DNA from: Squalus acanthias
Taxonomy: Eukaryota
Reading direction: 5' to 3'
NCBI GenBank assembly: GCA_030390025.1
Contig: CM059431.1
Location: 103,542,001 to 103,606,000, forward strand
Length of the DNA stretch: 64,000 nucleotides
Position numbers and translations under genes: made by a program. Each line of letters opens with the position of its first letter. The first letter of the stretch is position 1. Below the pieces are notes generated by a model, which saw only the letters and a program-made list of their open reading frames with translations, was not told the origin of the DNA and did not search any database. Positions 11,925 through 23,695 of this stretch are shown one piece after another.

Positions 11925-13280
11925 ACTGTAAGACGGTTAAATTCACCCTTGTCCTTTAAGCCGTTCGACAGTTTCCAAAGTTCAGACCCGTCAAAAAGAT
12001 AACACAAAACCCAATGAATCGGTGAAAAACTTCTTTTACTTAAAATCAGCAAGAGATTACAAGTAAGCATCCGACAGTTATGTAGCGTATAATAATTCCC
12101 AATTATACCTCAGCGTACACAGAGCTATCCCTTTACTTTAAGATCAAGCGATAATAAGCCAACTCTATAGACGTACTAACACCAGCGAGTGGTCAATCCG
12201 GCAGTGACTAGGTGGATGATTTCTGGCAACTGACCAGATCACCTGGCTACAGCCCCGAGTGTCTTAAAACAACATCTCTTATACCCTAAAAACCTGGGCA
12301 GGCCCCTCCAAAGTGTATGGGCTGGATTTTCATTGACCCGTGGAGGTGGGTTTGGAGGCGTGTGGGGGGTTAAAATTGCGAAAACTGGCGGGTGGGCACA
12401 AGTCCGCCTCCATCCCGCCTCCACGCAATTTTCATTTAATCGTGTCTGCTGGTCCCGACTCCGTCCTGCCTCTAAGAGGCGGGATAGGCTGTTAAGGCCC
12501 TTAACAAGCACTAAATTGCCTCTATAATGCCATTTTGAAAGGCCTTTGTGATTTTAACCCTTTTTCTACGTGAAGCACGCCTGTTCTGAACCACGAATGT
12601 GAAACCTGGCGGGAGCACATTTGGCTGGCTGGCTGGCTGGCTGGATGAGGAGGAGACATATCTGGGAGTGGTGGTGCAAAAATATCTGGGAGCAGACTTA
12701 GGGCTGCTGCTGCTCATTTTGCATCCAAGTCCTCTCACAGCAAAGGCCAGGCAGTCTTTGCAGACCTTCAATGCAGCAGCAATGATGACGTCATCAGAGG
12801 CGACTTTCAGACTGAAAACACTAATGGTTCATGGGTTCCCACATGCTGGAACTCAATTGCCCAATTAGGTGAAAATCGCATCAATCTCCCACATCCAATT
12901 GCAGGCGGGTGGATAACACGAAATGCGGATGACACGACCCCAACCCGCCCCGGTATCAAAATCCAGCCCTATGTGTCCCAAACTGTGACAAATGGTCGGC
13001 AGTTGTTTTCCTTTCCTTCTTATCACCTAGTCAGTTAATCAGTGGGCCCCAAGGCCATTCATACCATTTGCTTGAAGATGTTCCTGTCTTTGTAACGCCC
13101 AACATTTTGTTCTTGCTCAGGGTCTGTTGCTTCCTTATCTGTTTAATAGCTTGCTGCCTTCACAGTCGCAGCAGTTTATTTTACATTTGATCAGCAGAAA
13201 GTCTCTTGGCCTCAAGGAAGGCTGGTACATTAAATCTGGCCAATTTTTAAGTTTGGTCAAGTTACAGCGAACTTTTACAG
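11925..13280. repeat. Unclassified dispersed repeat, copy 1 (interrupted by MITE 12319-12969)
   Basis: Collinear with 39785-42340 once nested insertions are removed. Confidence 0.8.
12319..12969. mobile_element. PIF/Harbinger-type MITE, family A
   Basis: TIR gggctggatttt/aaaatccagccc; 3-bp TSD tat/tat; no ORF. Confidence 0.9.
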
Positions 13281-13299
13281 TAAATGATGTATTCTTACA

Positions 13300-13830
13300 G
13301 TACACACCTACCTGGTGCCTCCGTATCTTCGGACTCTTGCATTCCTGGGCCTGGGGGCGTACACCTGCGTAAAGACCCGCGTATCCCAGGGTCGCAGGTG
13401 GTTCGCAAGCATCCCTGGGATTACGTGGTGCCGGCCCAACCAATCACAACGGGGGATTCCCATTGTGCTTATGGGGATTCCATTTATGTACGGGATCCCC
13501 GTAAGCATTTAAGGAATGACATAAAAAACACACTTCCACAAAACTTAAATAAAAATAAATCGCCACATGTATAAAATTAATAAAAATGAAATTTAATTAA
13601 ACATTTAAAACAAAAATTTAATTTTGTGAAAAATAAATTCAAACATTTTTAAAGGGGCCAAAAATAACCTAAACTAATTTTAAAGGTTTTTGAATGTTTT
13701 AAATGATTTAAAAACATTTATTTTAATATTTATTTAAACCCTTACGCTGGTAAAAGAAGGCCCCATGCCTGCTTTTACCAGGCGTAAGAGTTTTGTGGGC
13801 ATTCGCTGGGCAGTAGTTGGGAGAATTCTT
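13300..13830. mobile_element. MITE family C internal fragment
   Basis: Homologous to 38340-38870 (gtatcccaggg..ccctgggat, AT-rich core, gctggtaaaa..ttttacc); TIRs not seen. Confidence 0.7.
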
Positions 13831-13892
13831 CCCACTTTGCTCCAGAAAACTTGGGAGGCCAATACTCTAGTAGGTGGGATGGCCCAGCTCAA

Positions 13893-14917
13893 CTCTGGCT
13901 CAGTGGGCAGCACCCTTGCCTCTGAGTTAGAAGGTTGTGGGTTCATAGTCCAACTTCAGAGACTGAGGGCTGGATTTTGTCTTGGGGTCGGGTTGGGGCT
14001 GTGTTACCCACATTTCGTGTTGCCCCCCCGACTCCAGATTAATGTGGATGAATGATGCAATTTTCACTTAATTGGGCAATTGAGTTCCAGCATGTGGGAA
14101 CCCATGAACCAATTAGTGGTTTCAGTCTGAAAGTCGCCTTTGATGATGTCATCATTCCAGGCAGTCTCTGAAGACATTTTTCAGACCTAATACTACTACT
14201 ACCTCCATCACATCTCCGTTGTAATAGTGGACCTGCAGCTGACAGTCAGCTATCCACTTGTGCTCCCGCCAGGTTTCACTGGCGTGTTTCACATCAGGCG
14301 TGCTTCACGTCGGAAAAGGGTTAAACTAGCTAAAATGTTTCAAAATGGCATTACAGAGCCAATTTAGGGCTTGTTAAGGGCTTTAATGGCCTCTCCCGCC
14401 TCTTGGAGGCGGGACGGAGTCGGGAACCCCGCGACTGATTTAATCAAAATTGCGTGGAGGTGGGATGGAGTCCGGATGGGGTCGGGACCCCCGAATCTGC
14501 AACTTTAACCCCCCACACGCCTCCAAACCCGACTCCATTGGTTATTGAAAATCCAGCCCTGACACGCCAATGCAGTGCTGCGGGAATGCTGCACTGTTGG
14601 AGGTGTTGCCTTTTGGATGAGATGTTGAACCGAGGCCTCGTCTGCTCTCTAAGGTGGCTGTCAAAGATCCCACGGCCACTATTTCGAAGAAGAGCAGTGG
14701 AGTTTTCTCTGGTGTCCTGCGCCAATATTTATCTCGCACTCAACATCACTAAAACAGATGATCTGGCCATTATCTGCTTGCTGTGCGCAAATTGGCTGCC
14801 GTGTTTCCTACATTACAACAGTGACTACACTTCAAAAAGTACTTCATTGGCTGTAAAGTTTTTTGGGATGTCCTGAGGTTGTGAAAGGCGCTGGAGAAAT
14901 GCAAGTCTTTCTTTCTA
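13893..14917 (+). mobile_element. Deu-SINE split by a family-A MITE
   Basis: Head tggctcagtgggcagcacccttgcctctgag at ~13896; body resumes at 14560. Confidence 0.85.
13967..14559. mobile_element. PIF/Harbinger-type MITE, family A (opposite orientation to 12319)
   Basis: TIR gggctggatttt/aaaatccagccc; TSD tga/tga. Confidence 0.9.
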
Positions 14918-15654
14918 GCTGGCAAGGCAGTGGGAGCTGCTCAGTTTCAGCTCATCAAACCCTGTGCACACTCGCGGGCTCCTAAGCCTTGGCCCTGTCG
15001 AGCTGTGTTTTACTGGGGTGTCACGCTATCATGGGGATGTGTGACCGAATTGGAAATTCTACAGCTGTCAGCTTAGCTCAAAAACTCTTAATTATGGCAA
15101 TGGGTTTTCTGTGCATGTCAAGCATTCCTGGCTGGCCCCTAAAATAAATCTTCAGGTAGGTATTTCATGGCATTATCAGGACCAGAATGACCTCCTGGGC
15201 TAGTTTTGATTGCTTAAGGGGACAGGAGAGGTGCTTCTCAGATTATTCCCTGAAATTTCCTCAGGCTTTACCTGTTTTTTTTGCCTATCCCAGGAGGTCC
15301 CATGGTTTCAGATGTGTTGTCGAGTGTCTATATTCTGATACACAAGACATCCCATGTGTGGGACAGGCTGGATGGACCAGTGGGTCTTTTCCCGTCCGTT
15401 GCTGTTCGTATGTTAATATCATGCTCCCACTTCCTTTGCTTTCTAGAGCCGCATGTCTATTGCGTTGGTGGGAACCATATCGGGAAAAAAAATGGCTCTC
15501 TGATTGGTCGAAAACTTGTTCCAAAGGTTGGTTTTCCAACCAATTGAAGCTCAGAAATCTAGACTGTGATAAAGCTGAGAACATTGATCTTTGGAGGATC
15601 ACACACATTAACAGGTCAACATCTAACACGTTTTAAAGCTTTTTGACTTTTTAA

Positions 15655-16055
15655 AAAATTATTTCTTGAGATGTGGGCGTCGCTGGCAAGGCCAGCATTT
15701 ATTGCCCATCCCTAATTGCCCTTGAGAAGGTGGTGGTGAGCCGCCACCTTCTTGAACCGCTGCAGTCCGTGTGGTGAAGGTGCTCCCACAGTGCTGTTAG
15801 GGAGGGAGTTCCAGGATTTTGACCCAGCGACGATGAAGGAACGGCCGATATACTTCCAAGTCAGGATGGTGTGTGACTTGGAGGAGGTGATGTTCCCATG
15901 TGCCTGCTGCCCTTGTCCTTCTAGGTGGAAGAGTTCACGGGTTTGGGAGGTGCTGTCGAAGGAGCCTTGGCGAGTTGCTGCAGTGCATCTTGTAGATGGT
16001 GCACACTGCAGCCACGGTGCGCCGGTGGTGGAGGGAGTGAATGTTTAAGGTGGTC
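15655..16055 (-). mobile_element. Non-LTR retroelement 3' end (CR1-group, second family)
   Basis: Near-identical to 33595-34005. Confidence 0.85.
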
Positions 16056-17074
16056 TGGCAGCACTACAACCCCCCACCCCCCCCCCCGCCAAAACCCCAC
16101 AAATTCACTCAAGATGTGTTGTTGTCCTTTGCTGTGCTTCCGGCAGCCTATTGCACCCCCCTAGATAATGTTCTGCAGCACTCTAAATGCCAAAGCGCAA
16201 AAACTGTCTGACATTCATAGAGTAAGTCTGATTCACAAGCACGGCATACATCATCTGATCACATCAATTAGATTAGAGCCTTGTAATCACTCTCTGACTG
16301 TGTGTTCTATCAAGCCGTATGTCAAGGCAACCAGTTGACATTTAAACCAGACATTATGGAAAAGGATTAAGTTCTCCACATTAGACAGCCTACCAGTAAT
16401 TAAAAATAAAGTTTGGCCTAGTATTGATGGTCTGCTGCTTGATAGCAGTACAACATTTAATGAGTATATGGTATATATTTATAAAGTATATATAATAAAG
16501 ACAGCTAAATGCATGTCATTACTGCAGCATTCAATCCAACATTACACTTCAGAAAACTGAATGAACGTTTTAACTGCATTCCAAGATCAAACATCATTCT
16601 GTGCCATTCATTATCTTTTGCGGCTCAAATTTAATAAAGTGCGATCAAATTAATTTCTAATAATAAGCACATAAGGAATCCCACCCTTTTTTGGCAGGGA
16701 TGAGGATATTATGGGCCTGGAAATTACTGTCAGTGATGTTATATGAATGCCTAAGACATTCATTTTGAACTCCAATTAAACAGCTGTGTTAATCCACTTA
16801 TTCTAAATGAATTACTGCCTTTATTAAAATAGTGGGGAGGCAGATTTGATACAGATCACTCACGGTAATTTTCCAGCTGCTACTCTGTGGAGAATAAAGC
16901 TCCATAGTCTGGAGAATTTCATCTTTTGTGCCTTTCACAAACAGGTTTCTTCTTCCTGACCTCTCAGTGGCTTTCTTTATTTGGATCACATCTCCTTGCC
17001 TCTGTAGATCAGCCCGCAGTTTTTATCTTACACGGCACACAGCTCTTTTCAGCTTTCAGATACTGCTACTTTCG

Positions 17075-17420
17075 AGTGGTGGGAAAAGCTTATAGTGGGA
17101 TGTCTCGTTTGGCGATCCACTCGATGGCCTCCTGAGATGCCGAGTGGAGAAATGAGGTGCCTCCCGCAAACGGATCTCAGTGGGCAGGTTGATGTGATGT
17201 GTTCTGTGGTCTGGGGCTCACGGTCGCAGTCGCCCTCATCGGGTCGTCCCTCATCCTCCGCTTGTGCAGCAGGCGGCCGCAGCGTCCGTGCCCTGTGCGG
17301 ATTGGGTTGAGCGCCGTCCACTGTCTCCGAGGAAGGTCAAAGGCAGGGACCACTGCTGTTGGGTCACTGATGAGGTGTCGGTTCTTTACATTGCCTACGT
17401 CCCACGATGCCATCCATCTG
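17075..17420 (-). mobile_element. Vingi/Ingi-like non-LTR retroelement C-terminal remnant
   Basis: DPTAVVPAFDLPRRQWTALNPIRTGHGRCGRLLHK, frameshift, then CDREPQTTEHITSTCPLR (CCHC-knuckle-like). Confidence 0.7.
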
Positions 17421-17849
17421 GATAGTGGGTCGATACCAGCTGCATGAATATTGGCTGCTGTTTCCCAGAACGGCCAATATTTCAGATGACATTTATCGAG
17501 AGTGCGGTCTTTTCCCAATTGTCTTTATTTTTGTTTCAAATGCATAATACTTTCCCCAGCCTAGGCATTTCTACTAAATGCAAGTTATTTCATTTTCTTC
17601 TTTTGTTTCTTCCTTTCTTTCCTTCTTTCTTGCTTTCCTTTGCTGGTCTGCTCATGAACGAGTTCAGATTCTTCTACTGAAAAATGTCAATGCTCTTTTT
17701 ATTTAGCTTCCTTTTGCCGCTGCTCCCATCCTGTGCAAACTTCTCTGGAATGATCCGAGTGTCCACTCCTGGCACAGGTCGTCACTCAGCGGGAAGTGAA
17801 TTGGTGAATCAGAAAATAGTAACAAAAGTGTGTAAGGAAAGTAACACTG

Positions 17850-18130
17850 TTGGATATAAAAGATCCCACGGCTCTATTTCGAAGAACAGCAGGGGAAGTT
17901 CTCCCCGGTGTCCTGGGACCAATATTTATCCCTCAACCAGCATCACTAAAACAGATTATCTGGCCATTATCAGATTGCTGTTTGTGGGAGCTTGCTGTGC
18001 GCAAATTGGCTGCCGCGTTTCCTACATTACAACAGTGACTGCACTTCAAAAAAGGTACTTCATTGGCTGTAAAGTGCTTTGGGACATCCTGAGGTCATGA
18101 AAGACGTTGTATAAATGCGAATCTTTTTTT
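17850..18130 (+). mobile_element. Deu-SINE 3' two-thirds
   Basis: aaagatcccacggctctatttcgaagaac..taaatgc tail. Confidence 0.88.
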
Positions 18131-18539
18131 CTGTCATTTTACAAAACTTTCTCCAGCATTCCAAAATCGTCTGTCTCTGCCTGTTCCTTGATTTCTAACA
18201 TCTAAAGTAAAAATTTTCCCTTGGCAGAACTAAACCATTACTTAGAGCAGTCTGATCAATTAATTAATTAATTACATTTTTCCATCAAGGTTAGGAGCCC
18301 GCTTAAAACCTGCACAAACATGGTCACACATGCTATTCTTAAAACTGTTCCAAAGACTCGAGTACTTTCACTTTTTATGAAGAGTGTACAATGAAGGGTT
18401 CTTTATAAACAGAATGACAGAAGAAAAGTGGGAATGTGTTTGGGGCTATTATGTGCAATGATGAAACAAAGCATTTAAGAAAGCTCAGTGAGATCTTGAA
18501 CACAGTGGTTTAATAAGAACACAAAAATGAGAAACAGTA

Positions 18540-19290
18540 CTTCCAAAGATACAAGGAAAGAAAGAGAGGTTAATTGAGATATTTAAAAAAGGCAAATGAA
18601 GGAGATAATTAGAAAAATAAGAGAGTAATATAAATTCAAATCATGGAGGGAAGCAGGCAGAACCCAAAATAGTTTTACAATTATATTATGCATTAAGTAT
18701 TAACACCGCTGTGTCAGCCAATGAGTTGGAGGCGAGGCAAAACTTATGGCGGGACCTACAGCAAACAGAGTTTATTTAAAGTCTCTACACATGACAGCAA
18801 ACAGAGTCTATTTAAAGTCTCTACACATGACAGCAAACAGAGTCTATTTAAAGTCTCTACACATGACAGCAAACAGAGTCTATTTAAAGTCTCTACACAT
18901 GACAGTAAACAGAATGTATTTAAACAGAATCTCTACACACTGCAGCAAACAGAACTCATGGCCGAAACTATAGCATAGTCTCCCAATAAAAGCAGGATTA
19001 TTTCTCCAGCAAAATGCAGTGAGCGGAGGATAGTTACAGAATACAAATGATTTGCGTAAAATCGATCCCAGTCACTCACAGCGGTGTGGTCTCCAGGTGT
19101 GATTGACGGGGGAATTACCCAATCATCTCCATTCAGGCTGTGACTTGTGGTATCTCTACATGCAGCCATGCTATTAATAGTAAAAGGCAGGTCAAAAAAC
19201 ATGTGGGCCCATTAACAGGTAAATTGTGTAAAATTATTACAAATGATCAAGATATGGCAGAACTATTGAATGGATTCTTCACATCAGTAG
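18540..19290 (+). mobile_element. Old CR1 ORF2 remnant split by a ~480-bp insert
   Basis: ..aacccaaaatagttttacaattatatta | tattaatagtaaaagg.. reading NPK.FY.. then INSKRQVKKHVGPL..DMAELLNGFFTSV. Confidence 0.55.
18758..18953. repeat. 36-bp minisatellite, ~5 copies
   Basis: Unit acagcaaacagagtctatttaaagtctctacacatg at 18758, 18794, 18830, 18866, diverged at 18902. Confidence 0.95.
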
Positions 19291-19327
19291 GAATGTTGAC
19301 CAATTCCAGTCCTAGTAAATGGGGCTA

Positions 19328-19830
19328 AGAACATAAGAACATAAGAAATAGAGCAGGAGTCGGCCATTTGGCCCCTCGAGCCTGCTCTGCCATTTAATGA
19401 GATCATGGCTGATCTGATCTTGGGCTCAGCTCCATTTCCCTGCCCGCTCCTCATAACCCTTCACTCCCTTATTGTTCAAAAATCTGTCTATCTCCACCTT
19501 AAATATATTCAATGACTCACCCTCCACAGCTCTCTGGGGCAGAGAATTCCACAGATTTACGACCCTCTGAGAGAAGAAATTCCTCCTCATCTCAGTTTTA
19601 AATGGGCGACCCCTTATTCTGAAGCTATGCCCCCTAGTTCTAGATTCCCCCATGAGGGGAAACATCTTCTCTGCATCTACCTTGTCGAGCCCCCTCAGTA
19701 TCTTATACGTTTCAATAAGATCACCTCTCATTCTTCTAAACTCCAGTGAGTAGAGGCCCAACCTGCTCAACCTTTCTTCATAAGACAACCCCTTCATCTC
19801 CGGAATCAACCTCGTGAACCTTCTCTGAAT
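19328..19830 (-). mobile_element. CR1 LINE 3' fragment
   Basis: ORF 19426-19809 YEERLSRLGLYSLEFRRMRGDLIETYK..WNSLP; (acataaga)n tail. Confidence 0.95.
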
Positions 19831-19897
19831 TAAGCTATCCGCGGCACATATAGAAGTTAGTAAAGAGTGTGCAACACAGAAAATAGAAGCCTCTCAG

Positions 19898-20045
19898 CAA
19901 TGTTGCCTCTAAGCCAGTAATGGGAAAGGTCCCGTTCACCGGCCTCTCCACTGTAAGTACCGCGCTATGCGCGGACATTTAAAGGGACCGCGCGCTAAAA
20001 GAAACAAGCCACGCAGAACAAAGCGCAGCTCACAAGGGAACATTG
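19898..20045. mobile_element. Short hAT-type MITE
   Basis: Ends caatgttgcctctaa / aagggaacattg; degenerate 8-bp flanks cctctcag/ctccgcag; related to 34841-35012. Confidence 0.6.
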
Positions 20046-20449
20046 CTCCGCAGCCAGTTGGGTTTCTACGGGGGTGAAATAAACTCCAGCATGGGGTGCA
20101 AAACAGGTGTTCGAGGACCGGTCACTCTTTATATACCCCATCAGATATTCCTTTCTATTGACTTCAGTGGAAGGGAAGATCGGACGGGGTCAATAACGAG
20201 CAGCCGATCTGCTGATGCCCGTTTTGCGCCCCTGCCACAGATGAACTTCACCCTGATCGAATCTTACAGCACAGAAGGAGGCCATTCAGCCCATTGTGCC
20301 TGTGCCAGCTCGCTGAAAGAGCTAATCACTTTGCCCCATCCCTCTGCACTTCCCCCGTAACCTTCTTTCAAATATTTAGCCAATCCATAAAGAACTAAAG
20401 GGAGGAACTGGTGATGCCTTTGGTCGATATTTTGCAGTGCTCAATAAAT

Positions 20450-20648
20450 GGAGTGCTTGAGGCGAATAGCATAGATGCATTTAAGGGGAAGCTAGATAAA
20501 CACATGAGGGAGAAAGGAATCGAAGGTTGTGCTGATAGGGTGAGATGAAGAGGGGTGGGAGGAGGCTCGTGTGGAGCATAAACACCGGCATAGACCAGTT
20601 GGGCTGAATGGCCTGTTTCTGTGCTGTAAAACCCAATGTAATTCTATA
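20450..20648 (+). mobile_element. CR1 LINE 3' end
   Basis: Same tail as 641-937 and 26473-26956. Confidence 0.88.
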
Positions 20649-21196
20649 TAAATAGTGGAGAAGTACCTGAGGTCAGTAAATGTAGTTGTAATGTTTAAAT
20701 AAAGAGTAAAGCATAAACCTGGTGTAGGACATGCGGAATTACCCCTCGCCCCGTCCAACAGGTTATAGAGTTCGGACTTGAGACTGATGAGAAATTACAC
20801 CAGACACACGGGCGAGATGACTGGCCAAATCACCTCCTTCCAACTACAGTGCCGATATTTTCCGTCACTGGTTTTTTTATACAGTCGTCCTTGCCTTTTT
20901 CAGTAAATCAATCATTCAGAGATTGTGAGATGTTCCTTTAATCTTCGACCTGAGTTGTTTGAGCTGTCAAACTTTCACACTCACACATCCTGTGTGGCTA
21001 CCCGTTAGCTGCCTTTATCAAAGCTCAAAATTGTTCATTCACTCATAAAGTTTATAAAAGTGGCAGAAAATCATTTGGTCATATTTCACGTGTTACATCA
21101 CATCCTGCATTTCAAAACTTCAAAGGTTTGACTCCTCCCCTTTAGCCACCAAAAATCATTCTACAATCTGGTAGCCTGTTTTGTTGTAGACACGAA

Positions 21197-21778
21197 GGGC
21201 TGGATTTTGATACTGCGGTGGGTTGGGGTCGTGTCATCCGCATTTCGTGTTATCCACCCGACTGCAATTGGATGTGGGAGATTGATGCAATTTTCACTTA
21301 ATTGGGCAATTGAGTTCCAGCATGTGGGAACCCATGAACCAATTAGTGGTTTCAGTCTGAAAGTCGCCTCTGATGATGTCATCATTGCTGCTGCATTGCA
21401 GGTCAGAGACTGCCTGGTCTCAGAGACTGCCTGGCCTTTACTGTGAGAGGACCTGGATGCAAAATGAGCGGAGAGAGAGAGAGAGAGAGAATTTTTTTTG
21501 CATCACATCACATCAGGCGTGCTTCACGTCAGAAAAGGGTTAAACTAGCTAAAACGTTTCAAAATGGCATTACAGAGCCAATTTAGGGCTTGTTAAGGGC
21601 TTTAATGGCCTCTCCCGCCTCTTGGAGGCAGGACGGAGTCGGGAATACCGCACACGATTTTATCAAAATTGCTTGGAGGCGGAATGGAGGCGGGATCAGG
21701 TCCGCCCGCCACTTTTCGCAATTTTAACCCCCCACACGCCTCCAAACCCGCCTCCATGGCCCTATGAAAATCCAGCTC
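21197..21778. mobile_element. PIF/Harbinger-type MITE, family A
   Basis: TIR gggctggatttt/aaaatccagctc; TSD gaa/gaa; body matches 12319 and 13967 copies. Confidence 0.9.
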
Positions 21779-22889
21779 GAAGTCTGCAAATCTAAGGGGG
21801 TTTGTTTATCTCTGTTGTCTATGACTACCCCCTGCAGTCACAACCATTTGTTCTGTCAGTGTCTGCTTATCCGAAACACAGCTCTTGAAATATCTCCATC
21901 ACAAAGCAGCTTGCAAATACAACAGTTCCTTTTGAAAGCACATTTGCTCCCAAATGTTTGCTGCCTTTTAGTAAAGCACATCAAAGCACATTCCATGTCC
22001 ACTTATCAGTGAAAGACCGTCTGTTACAACTTTACTTCACTTCAAAAAAACCTTTTGGCCTGGCAAAACATTTTAATATAGACCAAAATTAAAAATTAAG
22101 GGTCTGTGTTTGCCTAATCATAGTCACCTCGTCTAACATCCACGTGTGAAAAATGCTTGAGGGCACTGTATAAGATGCTATAAATGACTATTTAAAAAGT
22201 ACGAGTATGATAACAAGCAGGCAACATGGTTTAACAATTAAAAGGCATTGGCCGTAATTTGCGGTCAGCGGTGAAGCGACGGCGATCGCCACTGACCTCG
22301 AAGAAAGCTGCCCGCAGGGATCTTGCGATCTCTGTGGCGAGAAAATGAGCTTGCTTGACGTGTAATTGATTGTAGCGCTGTCAATAGGGGATTTCTAGTG
22401 TCGTGCAACAGTGACGTCATCAAGCTGACTAAGCAGCCAATCACATTGCAGAATTCTCACAGACAGCAAACCAGGAAATAAAATATCACTGATTATCTGT
22501 ACTTTTTAAAAATGTTACAGAGAGCGAAATAAAGATTGGGACATACACATGGGGTTAAGGTAGAAGCTGAAATATTATGAACAAACTTTTTAAAACAAGC
22601 AAGTTCCCCGTTCTCACCACTCTTTGGGTAAAGAAGTTTCTCCTGAATTCCCTATTGGATTTATTGGCAGGTGGATTTTAACATGGATAAATTTAGATAA
22701 TGCATATCAGAAGAGTTAATAGCAAACATGTGTAATTTTCTGATTTCAGATGCTGATGGGTAGTCCCAGCCAGTGATAGCAGATATTGGAAATTCAGCTG
22801 CACGCTGCTCATGATAGGCTAAGCTCCCCATCAATGTGAAGTTGGGAAATTTTCCTAACATCTATAACATGAAAGGGTCAAGTCATTAT

Positions 22890-23629
22890 GGCCCAGAAAT
22901 TGATCCCGCGACGCGAGAGTACGCACTGCGTACTCTCGCGTATTCCCACTCCAATTGCCGGTTTTCTGCATGCCCTGCGCATGCGCTGAAAACCGGCAAT
23001 TGCTCTTTTGAAAAGGGGGCGGTTCCTTGGTGCATCGCGTGCGCGCTACAGGCTGCGCGCACGCTGTGCACTTCATGCTTTGGACGCGCAGGTAAGTACG
23101 GAAGATTTTAGAAATGGAAAAAGGAGTAAGACCCGCTTTTAAGAAGGTAAGTAGTGAATTAAGTATTTTTTTGAATTTTTTTTAACAGGTATATCTTTTT
23201 TAGAGACTTTAAAGACAGGTAAGTTTATTTTTATAACTTTTTAAAAGATTTTAAATTTTTTCAAAAATTTAATTTTTTATTTAAAATGGTTAATTTAATT
23301 AACTATACTTATTTTATTAATGTGATGGTTTTTTTTTAAATTTAATTGAGGTTTAGCTGTTATTTTGGGGGGGTGTAAGATTCATAGCTTTCACAGCACG
23401 TATGTGAAACTTATGAATGGAAGATGGTGTGCTGCCATTGGCTCTAACTGAGTCACGTGATCCCACAGCTCGCACGAATTCACTACGCCGGTGGGATACG
23501 CAAGCACTGCCCAGCTGATGTCTGGAACATCAAGTTCGTGCGAGCTGGATCTGAAAAAGCACAAGCGGAGTGAGAGATCGCGGGGAAGCCTTACCCCCGC
23601 GGGAACAGAGCGAGATCAATTTCTGGGCC
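22890..23629. mobile_element. MITE family B (PIF/Harbinger-ISL2EU-like)
   Basis: TIR ggcccagaaattgatc/gatcaatttctgggcc; internal palindromes and AT-rich core; flanks at/ag. Confidence 0.85.
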
Positions 23630-23695
23630 AGTGTCTTTATCCTCACTGTTCCGATGTTTATTTTTATTTTTTTCATTTAATAAACATTGGAATAT

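Noticed and set aside
18703..19087. CACAGCG words as V(D)J recombination signals or Transib ends
   Set aside because: No nonamer at 12/23 spacing and no antigen-receptor segments.
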